From: Candidatus Kuenenia stuttgartensis
GTDB lineage: Bacteria; Planctomycetota; Brocadiia; Brocadiales; Brocadiaceae
Direction of reading: 5' to 3'
Assembly (NCBI RefSeq): GCF_900232105.1
Contig: NZ_LT934425.1
Location: 3,510,001-3,542,000 of the forward strand
DNA: 32,000 nt
The notes beneath the pieces are model-generated. The model saw nothing but the letters and a program-made list of their open reading frames with translations, had not been told where the DNA came from and ran no database searches. Position numbers and translations under genes: made by a program. This document shows positions 1 to 8,978 of the stretch, piece by piece; position 1 is the stretch's first letter, and every line of letters begins with the position of its first letter.

Positions 1-2958
1 GTGGGCAGGAAAAATTTATTTATCACCGGCAGTAGCAACCTGACAAAGGCGGGCATTACTACACAGGAAGAGTTTAATGTCGAGATAAGCGATTTTGGTT
101 TTGATGATGCAGAGGCATATTTCGACAACTTATGGGACGAGGCGGTAAAAATAACCGAAGATGATGTTATTAAAAAGAGATTAATAGACATCATTGAAAA
201 TGAGACCCTTGTTAAAGACATTACCCCATTTGAAGCCTTTGTTCTGGTCTTAAAAACATACCTTGATTCGTTTGAGCAGAAAGAAGTCAGCCAATCGCTT
301 GTTAACACATTGGAAGAAAACGGCTACACCCCCTATAAATATCAGTTGGATGCGGTAAAACAAGCCCTTGCAATCATTGAAAATAATAACGGCGTAATCA
401 TTGCGGATGTTGTCGGTTTGGGCAAGACGGTCATTGCCTGTGCAGTCGCAAGAGAACTGAAAAGGCGCGGCGTTGTTATTTGTCCTCCGGGTCTTGTTGG
501 GGACAGAAACAAAAACTCCGGCTGGAGAAAATATACGGAAGATTTTGGCCTTTACGATTGGGAAGTACGGTCGTTGGGCGATTTGGAAAATATTGCAGAT
601 TTTGTAAGCAGGGCAAAAGATATTGATGTGGTGATCGTGGATGAAGCCCATCGTTTCAGAAACCAGGATACACAGGATTACGAGTATCTGAAAAACATCT
701 GCCGCAATAAGATTGTTATTTTACTCACCGCTACACCCTTTAATAACAGGCCGGGTGATATTTTGTCCTTGCTAAAGCTATTCATAACACCAAAGAAATC
801 GTCAATAACATTGGAAAATAACCTTGTCGGTAAATTCGCTGAGTTCAAAGGCGTTTTCGACAGGCTTGCTTACATCAAAAAATACCGGATCTCGTCAAAT
901 GAAGCTAAAAGAAAAAAAACAGAAAATTATTATACAGCGCTTTTTGGCGAATTGCCGGTCAATTTAACAAAAATAAAAAAACGTTCGCACTATCTTGCAA
1001 GACAAATCAGGGATGTAATAGAACCCGTTACCATCCGCCGTAATCGCCTTGATCTGCAGAAAAACCCTTATTACAAAGATGAGGTCAAAAATCTGTCCAT
1101 AATCGAAGACCCGAAAGAATGGTTTTTTGAATTGACCAAAGAACAGTCGGCATTTTACGACCGGATCATTCGTGATTATTTCGGCGACCCGGACGAGGGT
1201 GGGCGATTCAATGGCGCAATCTATCGCCCCTTTGAATACAAAACCCAACTTGATAAAATCGTCGGGGAGAAATTAACGGAAAAGGAAAATTTTCAATATA
1301 TCCAGCAGCGCAACTTGTACGACTTTATGCGGCGCTTGCTGGTGAAACGCTTTGAAAGTTCGTTTGGGTCTTTCAGACAGAGTATTGAGAATTTCAGGAA
1401 GATTACAGAGAATATCTCAAGGTTTATTGAGAAAACAAACAGGTATATCCTTGACCGTACTCTTTTTGAGAAAATATATGACCTTGATATGGAACAAATC
1501 GAGGAGTATTTAAAGGATTACTCTGAGCGGATAAGAAAGGGAGATTATCCCAAAAATCATGAAGTTTACGAGGTCAGTAAATTTACATATAAAGACGACT
1601 TCCTTGCCCACATAAAAGCCGATTTAGTCCTCTTTGACAGTATTCTGCAGGAATTATCAGGATTAAATTTGGTGGATAACGATCCAAAAGCAAATTGCCT
1701 GTTGAAGAACATCAATGACGTTTTAAATAAAAGACCAAACAAAGGCGAACCAAGACGAAAGGTAATCATCTTTTCCGAATATCTGGATACTGTGAAATAT
1801 CTTGAGCCTATACTTGAAAAACACTTTGGGGAAAGACTTTTAGTAGTGGCGGGGGATTTGTCGGCGCACAAAATATCCCTGATCAATAAAAACTTTGACG
1901 CCTCTTATTCTACATTAATAAAGGGGGATGAAGGGGGTTGTCCTGATCAGGAAGAGGCATACGACATTCTGCTTGCTACAGACAGGATTTCCGAGGGCTT
2001 TAATCTGAACCGCGCCGGGATGGTTATTAACTATGATATCCCATGGAATCCTGTACGGGTAATCCAGCGAGTAGGCCGCATAAACCGCATCAGTAAAAAA
2101 GTTTTTGACAAGCTTTATATTGTAAATTTCTTCCCAACCGAAAAAGGCTCTGAGCTGGTTAAATCGCGTGAGATTGCCAGCAACAAGATGTTTTTGATCC
2201 ATAATACCTTAGGTGAAGACGCCAGGATATTTGACATAGATGAGGAGCCTACACCTGCCGGGCTATACGAAAGAATCCGGCAAAACCCGGATAATATTGA
2301 ACAAGAAAGCTTTTATACCAGGGTACTTGCCATTTACTCAGAAATCAAAAAAGAAAATCATGGACTTATTGACGACTTAAAAAATTATCCTCTGCGGGTA
2401 AAAGTTGCTAAAAAAGCCGATGAGAACGAACTTTTGGTTTTCTTCAAAAAGGGAAGGATGTATATCCACCGTATAAAATATGACGCCGGAAAGGAAGGCG
2501 GGATAACGCAGACAACCCTTGAGGAAATCTTTGATAATATTGCATGCGACAAAAACGAAACCAGGCTCCCCTTAAGCAGTTCGTTCTGGGAATTTTATGA
2601 AAAAGTAAAAATATTCAGAGAACACCGATATAGTCCTCCAGGTGAAGTAAGCTTAGAGCAAAAGGCATTGAATAATATCAACACTTTTATAAAAAAACCA
2701 TGGGAAGGGCTGCTCCCGCATTTGGATTTCCTGAGAACATTGAGGGAGGATATGCTGGACTACGGTACGCTATCTGACTACACATTGCGCCGCATTGCCA
2801 ATTTAACAAATTCCGATGATAATAATCGCAAAAAAGCCATTCAGGAAATATCAGCCCTGAAAAACGAACTTGGGGATGACTATTTGCGAAGAGAAAAGGA
2901 ATGGCAGAAGAATCTTGTCAGAGAAATTATTATTGCAATAGAGAACCAGAATATATGA
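1..2958 (+). CDS. PLD-like nuclease domain fused to SNF2/DEAD-type helicase (5' end probably upstream of window)
   Basis: N-terminal 'LFITGSSNLTKAG...EFNVEISD...YFDNLWDEA' resembles the end of a PLD phosphodiesterase domain. Walker A-like 'IADVVGLGKTVIA', DEAH box 'VIVDEAHRFRN', 'ILLTATPFNN', and C-terminal helicase motif 'ATDRISEGFNLNRAGMVINYDIPWNPVRVIQRVGRINR'. The ORF is open from base 1, so the true start is likely upstream. Confidence 0.9.
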   Translation: MGRKNLFITGSSNLTKAGITTQEEFNVEISDFGFDDAEAYFDNLWDEAVKITEDDVIKKRLIDIIENETLVKDITPFEAFVLVLKTYLDSFEQKEVSQSLVNTLEENGYTPYKYQLDAVKQALAIIENNNGVIIADVVGLGKTVIACAVARELKRRGVVICPPGLVGDRNKNSGWRKYTEDFGLYDWEVRSLGDLENIADFVSRAKDIDVVIVDEAHRFRNQDTQDYEYLKNICRNKIVILLTATPFNNRPGDILSLLKLFITPKKSSITLENNLVGKFAEFKGVFDRLAYIKKYRISSNEAKRKKTENYYTALFGELPVNLTKIKKRSHYLARQIRDVIEPVTIRRNRLDLQKNPYYKDEVKNLSIIEDPKEWFFELTKEQSAFYDRIIRDYFGDPDEGGRFNGAIYRPFEYKTQLDKIVGEKLTEKENFQYIQQRNLYDFMRRLLVKRFESSFGSFRQSIENFRKITENISRFIEKTNRYILDRTLFEKIYDLDMEQIEEYLKDYSERIRKGDYPKNHEVYEVSKFTYKDDFLAHIKADLVLFDSILQELSGLNLVDNDPKANCLLKNINDVLNKRPNKGEPRRKVIIFSEYLDTVKYLEPILEKHFGERLLVVAGDLSAHKISLINKNFDASYSTLIKGDEGGCPDQEEAYDILLATDRISEGFNLNRAGMVINYDIPWNPVRVIQRVGRINRISKKVFDKLYIVNFFPTEKGSELVKSREIASNKMFLIHNTLGEDARIFDIDEEPTPAGLYERIRQNPDNIEQESFYTRVLAIYSEIKKENHGLIDDLKNYPLRVKVAKKADENELLVFFKKGRMYIHRIKYDAGKEGGITQTTLEEIFDNIACDKNETRLPLSSSFWEFYEKVKIFREHRYSPPGEVSLEQKALNNINTFIKKPWEGLLPHLDFLRTLREDMLDYGTLSDYTLRRIANLTNSDDNNRKKAIQEISALKNELGDDYLRREKEWQKNLVREIIIAIENQNI

Positions 2959-3593
2959 GCAAAACAGATACGCAATTTGATAAAGGCGAAATTATAATTT
3001 ATCAATCCTCTGAAAAAGAGATTGAGTTAAAAGTGCGCCTGGAAAATGAAACAGTCTGGCTTACACAAAGTCAAATTGCTTTATTGTTTGGCACCCAAAG
3101 ACCAGCTATAACTAAACATATCAATAATATTTTTAAATCTGGTGAATTAAATAAAGATTCAGTTAGTTCCATTTTGGAACATACTGCCGCTGATGGCAAA
3201 ACCTATAAAACCCAATTTTATAATTTGGATACTATTGTTTCCATAGGATACCGCGTAAATTCCAAACGCGCCACGCAGTTTAGAATCTGGGCAACTAGTG
3301 TGATTAAACTGTATCTTGTTAAAGGCTATGCAATTAATCAGAAACGATTGTTAGAAACAAAGGAAAAGTTTAAAGAGCTTCAGGAAACTATATCATTTCT
3401 GCATAAGAAATCAAAACATGAGTTGTTAAGCGGGCAAGGCTCGGAAATATTAAACTTACTTGCCAGCTATTCCAAAACGCTTACACTGCTTGAGCAATAC
3501 TATAAAGAAAAACTTGCTATTATTAAAAAGAAAAAAGGGAAATTTGTTTTGGATTACAAAAAGGCACGTTTTGTTATTGATGAAGCAAGGTAG
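2955..3593 (+). CDS. RhuM-family (virulence RhuM-like) N-terminal domain protein; upstream half of a split RhuM-Fic gene
   Basis: 'IELKVRLENETVWLTQSQIALLFGTQRPAITKHINNIFKSGEL...SSILEHTAADGKTYKTQFYNLDTIVSIGYRVNSKRATQFRIWAT' is a RhuM signature. The start ATG (2955-2957) overlaps the helicase stop TGA (2956-2958). The track start at 2901 is probably too far upstream. Confidence 0.85.
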   Translation: MSKTDTQFDKGEIIIYQSSEKEIELKVRLENETVWLTQSQIALLFGTQRPAITKHINNIFKSGELNKDSVSSILEHTAADGKTYKTQFYNLDTIVSIGYRVNSKRATQFRIWATSVIKLYLVKGYAINQKRLLETKEKFKELQETISFLHKKSKHELLSGQGSEILNLLASYSKTLTLLEQYYKEKLAIIKKKKGKFVLDYKKARFVIDEAR

Positions 3594-3959
3594 GCGTTAA
3601 TTATCAAAAAAGAAGCGAGTGATTTATTTGGATTGGAAAACAGTGATAGATTTAAGGGAATCTTGGGATGTATTTATCAAACCTTTGATGGCAATGAATT
3701 ATATCCATGTTTAGAGGAAAAGGCTGCTCATGTGCTGTATTTGGTTATTAAAGACCATCCCTTTGTTGACGGCAACAAACGTATCGCCTCACTTTTATTT
3801 GTTTATTTTCTGCAGAGAAATAAATATCTGTATCGCACTAATGGCGAACAGAAGATAAATGATAACGCATTGGTTGCCCTTGCGCTTTTAATAGCCGAGA
3901 GCGACGCTAAAGACAAAGATATTTTAATAAAAATCATTACAAACCTTTTAAACGATTGA
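3594..3959 (+). pseudogene. Fic/DOC-family domain, downstream half of the same RhuM-Fic reading frame after amber stop 3591-3593
   Basis: Same frame as the RhuM ORF. Reading through TAG gives 'EAR*ALIIKKEASDLFGLENSDRFKGILGCIYQTFDG...HVLYLVIKDHPFVDGNKRIASLLFVYFL', containing the Fic/DOC core 'HPFVDGNKRIA'. First ATG in this half is at 3633. Confidence 0.75.
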
Positions 3960-6241
3960 TGATCAGAGAAATGTTAGAAGATATTATTACAGAATTTAAG
4001 GAAATTCGTCCGTTTCTTCCGTGAGAAAAACCGCAATGCCTTTGCGCCGGTAACAGAGGACTTGTCTCAATATGGCGATGATTATTTCGGGAACGGATCA
4101 AAACTTGGTGAAATCAGGTTTGCCCAAGAGGAGAAGATGCTTGTCTGCGCCTTTGAAGCATGCAAGCCACTTTCAGAGCGAAGCGGTAAAAAGGCGCAGT
4201 ATGAAAAAGGGAAAAAAATCCTCAAAGACAACCAGACAGATGCCGGGTTTTTATTTTTTACGATACAGATAATAACTTCCGTTTTAGTTTAATCTATGCG
4301 GAATATCAGGGTGTAAAACGCAAATTCAGCTATTTCAAACGCCTCACGTTCTTTGTAAGCCCAAGACTTACCAACAAGACATTTCTTCAACAGATAGGCG
4401 AAGCCGACTTTTCCAACCTTGAAGGTATCAAAAAGGCATTTTCAGTTGAGCCTGTAACAAAGCAGTTTTACGGAGAACTTCAATACTGGTATTTCTGGGC
4501 AATGGACAAGATTAAATTCCCCGATGATTATAAATACAGCAATGACCCCGCAAAAGACAAAGAGATACGCAATGCAACAAATCTCATCCGATTAATCACA
4601 AGGATCGTATTCATCTGGTTCTTAACAGAAAAGGACAAGGACTTAATCCCTCTGGAATTATTCTCAACGGAGAAACTCAGTAAAATTGTAAAAGACTTTA
4701 TGAAAGACAAAAAAGCATCTAACTTTTACAACACAATCCTCCAAAATCTCTTCTTCGGCACATTAAATCAAAAGATGGACGAACGGAAATTTGTACAAGA
4801 AAGAGGTTTCCAGACACATAAAAAAGAATACGGAGTGAAAAATCTTTTTCGCTATGCAGATAAATTCCTGGTAAGCAAAGATAATGTTCTGGAACTCTTT
4901 AAAAACATTCCCTTCTTAAACGGTGGATTATTTGATTGCCTTGATAAAGAAGATGAATCAGGCAAAGTGATTTATGTGGATGGGTTTTCAAGAAATCAGG
5001 CAAAGCAATCAATTATCCCTGACTATCTGTTCTTTCAGCAGGAGGGAGAAAGAGTTGATCTTTCAAATTATGGCCTTGGCGTCAGCAGACCTGTCATGGG
5101 ACTGATTGCGATTCTGAATAGTTACAATTTTACCATTGACGAAAACACACCGATTGATCAGGAAATAGCCCTTGACCCCGAACTTTTAGGGAAGGTATTT
5201 GAAAACCTCCTGGCTTCTTACAACCCTGAGACAGCAACCACAGCAAGAAAAGCTACTGGAAGCTATTATACTCCACGAGAGATTGTTGACTATATGGTGG
5301 AAGAGAGCTTGTTTGCATACCTCAAAGGCAACCTATTTGAAACTGAAGAAGATAAAATCAGGAGGCTTCTTTCCTATTCAGAAGAGATTCCGGAATTTTC
5401 TGAATCGGAGAGGCAAAAGATAATCTCGACAATTGATGATATCAAGATTCTTGACCCTGCTTGCGGCTCAGGCGCATTTCCAATGGGAATTCTTCACAAA
5501 CTTGTCTATGTCCTTCAAAAGTTGGACCCTGAAAATAAATACTGGTATGAGCTTCAATATCAAAAGGCGCTTAAAGAATCTAAAGAGGTCTTTAAGCAGG
5601 ACAATAAAAACGAAAGGCAGGAAAGGCTTGGAGAGATAAATGAGACATTTGATGAGGGTATAAACTATCCTGACTATGCCCGCAAACTGTATTTGATAGA
5701 AAACTGTATATATGGAGTTGACATTCAGCCCATAGCTATCCAAATTTCAAAACTCCGATTCTTTATCTCGCTTGTTTTAGACCAAAAGGCTGACAGGGGC
5801 AAAGAAAATTTTGGAATCAGGGCATTACCAAATCTTGAGACAAAATTTGTAGCAGCAAACACATTGATAGGGCTTGATAGACCTAAGCAATTGACAATTA
5901 AGAACCCTGTCATTAAAAAAAAGGAAAAAGAGCTGAAACAAATCAGACATAAATACTTTGAGGCAAAGACAAGAAAAGAGAAATTGGATAGTCAAAAAAA
6001 GGATAAACAAATCCGCAAGGAGATTGCTGATTTATTAAAGCACAGTGGATGGGACACTTCCACGGCAGAAAAGATTGCAACCTTTGACCTCTATGACCAG
6101 AACGCTTCGGCAGACTGGTTTGACCCTGAGTGGATGTTCGGCATAGTAGTAGAGACAGGTTTTAAACCTGTCTCTACGATCAACGCCAACGACCAACCGC
6201 CAGCCTGTGTTTACCACCGCAATGGAAACAAACAATGGTAG
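3959..6241 (+). pseudogene. Eco57I/type IIG-like N6-adenine DNA methyltransferase, frameshifted and 3'-truncated
   Basis: ATG 3959-3961 overlaps the Fic stop. Homologous-looking pieces lie in different frames: 'MIREMLEDIITEFKEIRPFLP*' (frame of 3959), 'EKNRNAFAPVTEDLSQYGDDYFGNGSKLGEIRFAQEEKMLVCAFEACKPLSERSGKKAQYEKGKKILKDNQTDAGFLF' (frame of 4062), then 'FYDTDNNFRFSLIYAEYQGVKRKFSYFKRLTFFVSPRLTNKTFLQQIGEADFSNLEGIKKAFSVEPVTKQFYGELQYWYFWA' running into ORF 4502-6241. 'ATGSYYTPREIVDYMVEESL' and 'ILDPACGSGAFPMGILHKL' are methyltransferase motifs. After 'DWFDPEWMFGI' the coding sequence ends in repeat-like sequence with no NPPY motif. Confidence 0.85.
6149..6177. repeat. 29-nt near-perfect palindrome (14-bp arms) at the 3' break of the methyltransferase
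   Basis: GTAGAGACAGGTTT-T-AAACCTGTCTCTAC. Confidence 0.9.
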
Positions 6242-6569
6242 CGTGTTAAGGAACACAAATGACATTTAAATAAACTTCTGCCTAAGTTCTCGTCGTCTGT
6301 TTCTACTCTACTGTCTGTGGTTCGAAAAACTCACCGAAAAAAAGTGACCATTTATTTTTTAAAAGTAGAAATATACCCTTTTGACATGCCTGGTTAAATC
6401 GGCTATCATTGATCTAAAACTGTTATCACTGGAGGCTGACATGGTACGTACGCTATAAGCTATGCGCTGAATAGTTACGATATCCCTCAGAGTTGATAAG
6501 AACACCCTATAAGACCTGTCGTTTGCCGTGACACGCTATTTTGCCTTTGCCAAATGCCGATAAATCGCA

Positions 6570-6602
6570 GTCAGTACCACGAGCATAGCTGATGGTACTG
6601 AC
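6570..6602. promoter_or_regulatory. Inverted repeat upstream of the two-component genes (candidate regulator site or leader hairpin)
   Basis: GTCAGTACCA (6570-6579) / TGGTACTGAC (6593-6602), perfect 10-bp arms with 13-nt loop, ending about 30 bp before the response-regulator start. Confidence 0.45.
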
Positions 6603-6632
6603 TTATTAAGTTATTCAATAAGGTATGCAGGA

Positions 6633-7304
6633 ATGAGAATTTTAGTAATAGAGGATGAAAAAAAGTTAGCCAACTATCTTAAAAAAGGCCTGGAGGAACA
6701 CCATTTTGCCGTTGATACATGCAATGATGGTGAAGAAGGACTATTTATGATTAATTCGCATGCGTATGACCTTGTCGTCCTAGACATCATGCTTCCCCTG
6801 ATGGACGGCTTTGAAATCCTGCGTACGGCAAGGAAGAGCGGCCTAAGAATGCCATTTCTTTTATTGACGGCAAAGGATGCCATTGAGGACAAAGTACGTG
6901 GATTAGACTTAGGGGCCGATGATTACCTCGTAAAACCATTTTCTTTTATTGAATTGACAGCACGCATACGGGCCTTAATTCGACGGGGAAAGGTCCATTA
7001 TCAAACAAAATTAACGGTTGCAGACCTTTCTCTGGATTTAGCAACACACCGCCTTTATAGAAACGGAGAGACAATAGACCTTACCAATAAAGAATTTGCC
7101 TTGTTGGAGTTTTTCCTGAGGAATCTTAATATCGTATTAACCAGGACACAAATCACAGAACATGTATGGGATTACAATTTCGACAGTTTTACCAATGTCG
7201 TGGATGTCTTTGTGAATCGATTGAGAAATAAAATTGACAAAAACCGGGAAACCAAACTCATACACACCATAAAGGGTGTAGGCTATATAATGAAAGAGAA
7301 ATAA
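6633..7304 (+). CDS. OmpR/PhoB-family DNA-binding response regulator
   Basis: Receiver domain 'MRILVIEDEKKLANYLKKGLEE...YDLVVLDIMLPLMDGFE', 'LGADDYLVKPFSFIEL', and winged helix 'FALLEFFLRNLNIVLTRTQITEHVWDYNFDSFTNVVDVFVNRLRNKID...IHTIKGVGYIM'. Confidence 0.95.
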   Translation: MRILVIEDEKKLANYLKKGLEEHHFAVDTCNDGEEGLFMINSHAYDLVVLDIMLPLMDGFEILRTARKSGLRMPFLLLTAKDAIEDKVRGLDLGADDYLVKPFSFIELTARIRALIRRGKVHYQTKLTVADLSLDLATHRLYRNGETIDLTNKEFALLEFFLRNLNIVLTRTQITEHVWDYNFDSFTNVVDVFVNRLRNKIDKNRETKLIHTIKGVGYIMKEK

Positions 7305-7306
7305 TT

Positions 7307-8695
7307 TTGATATCCTGGACAATTCGCACCAAACTTACCTTCTGGTACACCTGCATTTTGGGGGGTACATTATTCCTCTTTGGTATTCTCACGTATGTTA
7401 CCTTTTCTTATGTAAACAGCAAAAGCATTGATATCGGGCTGAAAGAGGAGGCCGACGGCATTGTACATTATGCGCAGCTCAGTAAGAATAATCTGGAAGA
7501 ATATGCAATCCGTATTTCAAAGGAAAGCGGAGAGGAGTGGGCACATGAAAAATATGTTGCAATTCTTGATCACACAGGAAATGTTCAATTCCTGTCGAGC
7601 AGTACTGCAGATAACTACCTGCATTTAAGCAGTCACCAGATAAAAGACATTCTTTCAGGAAAGCCCTATTACAAGACAGTTAAAAACGCAAAGGGTCATC
7701 CTTTGCGTATTATTACGATGGCCATGGATGATGGCAAACAAATGATTCAGATCGGATTTGTTTTTAAAAAGGATAAAACTTCAAGAACGTTTTTAATGCT
7801 GCTTATGTCTTTAGGAGGCTTTGCAATTGTTGGCAGTTTACTGGGAGGCCGCTTGATGGCGAAAAAGGCATTGAAACCAGTAGAACATATGATACAGGAA
7901 CTTCGCAATATTCAGACTGAACACCTGAATGAAAGACTGACAGTCCACCCGGCGAAAGATGAAATGAACAATCTTGCAACCGTAATAAACAGCATGTTGT
8001 CCCGTCTGGAAGATTCATTTAGCCAGGTCCGTCAGTTTACCGCGGATGCCTCTCATGAATTGCGCACGCCGATAACCATTATGAAAACAGGAATAGAAGT
8101 TGCCTTACGCAAAGGAAGAACTGCGCTGAACTATCAACGGATTCTTGCCAATACGCTTGAGGACCTTGAAAGACTTTCCAAGATTGTAGAAAATCTCTTT
8201 ATTTTAGCAAAGGCGGATGCAAAGCGATATGAAATGCATAGGGAACGGATGAATCTAAGTAATGTCATTACGGATATTGCCGACCAACTCATGCTCATCG
8301 CCGAAGCAAAGCATATTTCCGTATCAATAGAAAAGACTGAAGATGCATTTATTGCTGGAGATGAGCTACTAATGAGAATGCTTTTCCTGAATCTCATAGA
8401 TAATGCCATAAAATATACCCCCCAGAAAGGTTCAATCAGTCTGACCCTTTCCAAAAACGCCGATTTTGTAAGAGTGGCTCTCAAAGACAGTGGGATAGGC
8501 ATTTCAAGGGAAGAACTTCCTTATATATTCGACCGTTTTTATAGGGCAAATAAAGCCCGTAGTGCAGATACCAGCGGGGGAGGGCTCGGACTCAGTATCT
8601 GCCAATGGATTATCAAATCTCATCATGGCAATATCATTGTGAAAAGCAAACTCCATAAGGGCAGTACTTTTACCATTACCCTGCCTGCCTGTTAA
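7307..8695 (+). CDS. Sensor histidine kinase, heavy-metal-sensor-kinase-like
   Basis: Two TM segments, HAMP region, H-box 'FTADASHELRTPITIMKTGIEV', N-box 'NLIDNAIKYTP', 'FDRFYRANKARSADTSGGGLGLSICQWII'. TTG start 3 nt after the response regulator. Confidence 0.95.
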   Translation: MISWTIRTKLTFWYTCILGGTLFLFGILTYVTFSYVNSKSIDIGLKEEADGIVHYAQLSKNNLEEYAIRISKESGEEWAHEKYVAILDHTGNVQFLSSSTADNYLHLSSHQIKDILSGKPYYKTVKNAKGHPLRIITMAMDDGKQMIQIGFVFKKDKTSRTFLMLLMSLGGFAIVGSLLGGRLMAKKALKPVEHMIQELRNIQTEHLNERLTVHPAKDEMNNLATVINSMLSRLEDSFSQVRQFTADASHELRTPITIMKTGIEVALRKGRTALNYQRILANTLEDLERLSKIVENLFILAKADAKRYEMHRERMNLSNVITDIADQLMLIAEAKHISVSIEKTEDAFIAGDELLMRMLFLNLIDNAIKYTPQKGSISLTLSKNADFVRVALKDSGIGISREELPYIFDRFYRANKARSADTSGGGLGLSICQWIIKSHHGNIIVKSKLHKGSTFTITLPAC

Positions 8696-8978
8696 AAACA
8701 GCAAAATGTTGAAAGATTAACTTTCTGTTTATTTTAGCTTTATCTTTATATTTATCTTACATAACGAAATCAGGAATCAAGTCCATCGCGCTTGGCGCAT
8801 ACGCCAAAAACCATGATCAGTATAATTTTTGCATCTCTCGGAGCTCGCGGGTCTTGCACAAACCCTGAACAATGGATATCATTCCAACATTGATCGGGAA
8901 AGCAGGGGGGGTATAAAATAAGCTTTTTAGATTTCTTTCTTAAGTGGGATTTTCACCGCATAAACACAATTATCCGTT

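Noticed and set aside
250-2202. Antisense ORFs within the helicase gene (250-651, 964-1248, 1566-1886, 1915-2202)
   Set aside because: Short, no recognisable motifs, and lie opposite a strongly supported coding frame.
5199-6265. Small ORFs overlapping the methyltransferase pseudogene (5199-5423, 5433-5639, 5468-5743, 5725-5913, 6035-6265)
   Set aside because: Translations are out-of-frame or antisense readings of recognisable methyltransferase sequence.
6461-6476. Shared word CGCTGAATAGTTACG upstream of the response regulator and near 23108-23122
   Set aside because: Only 15 nt and in two places; may be part of a dispersed repeat but too little to define one.
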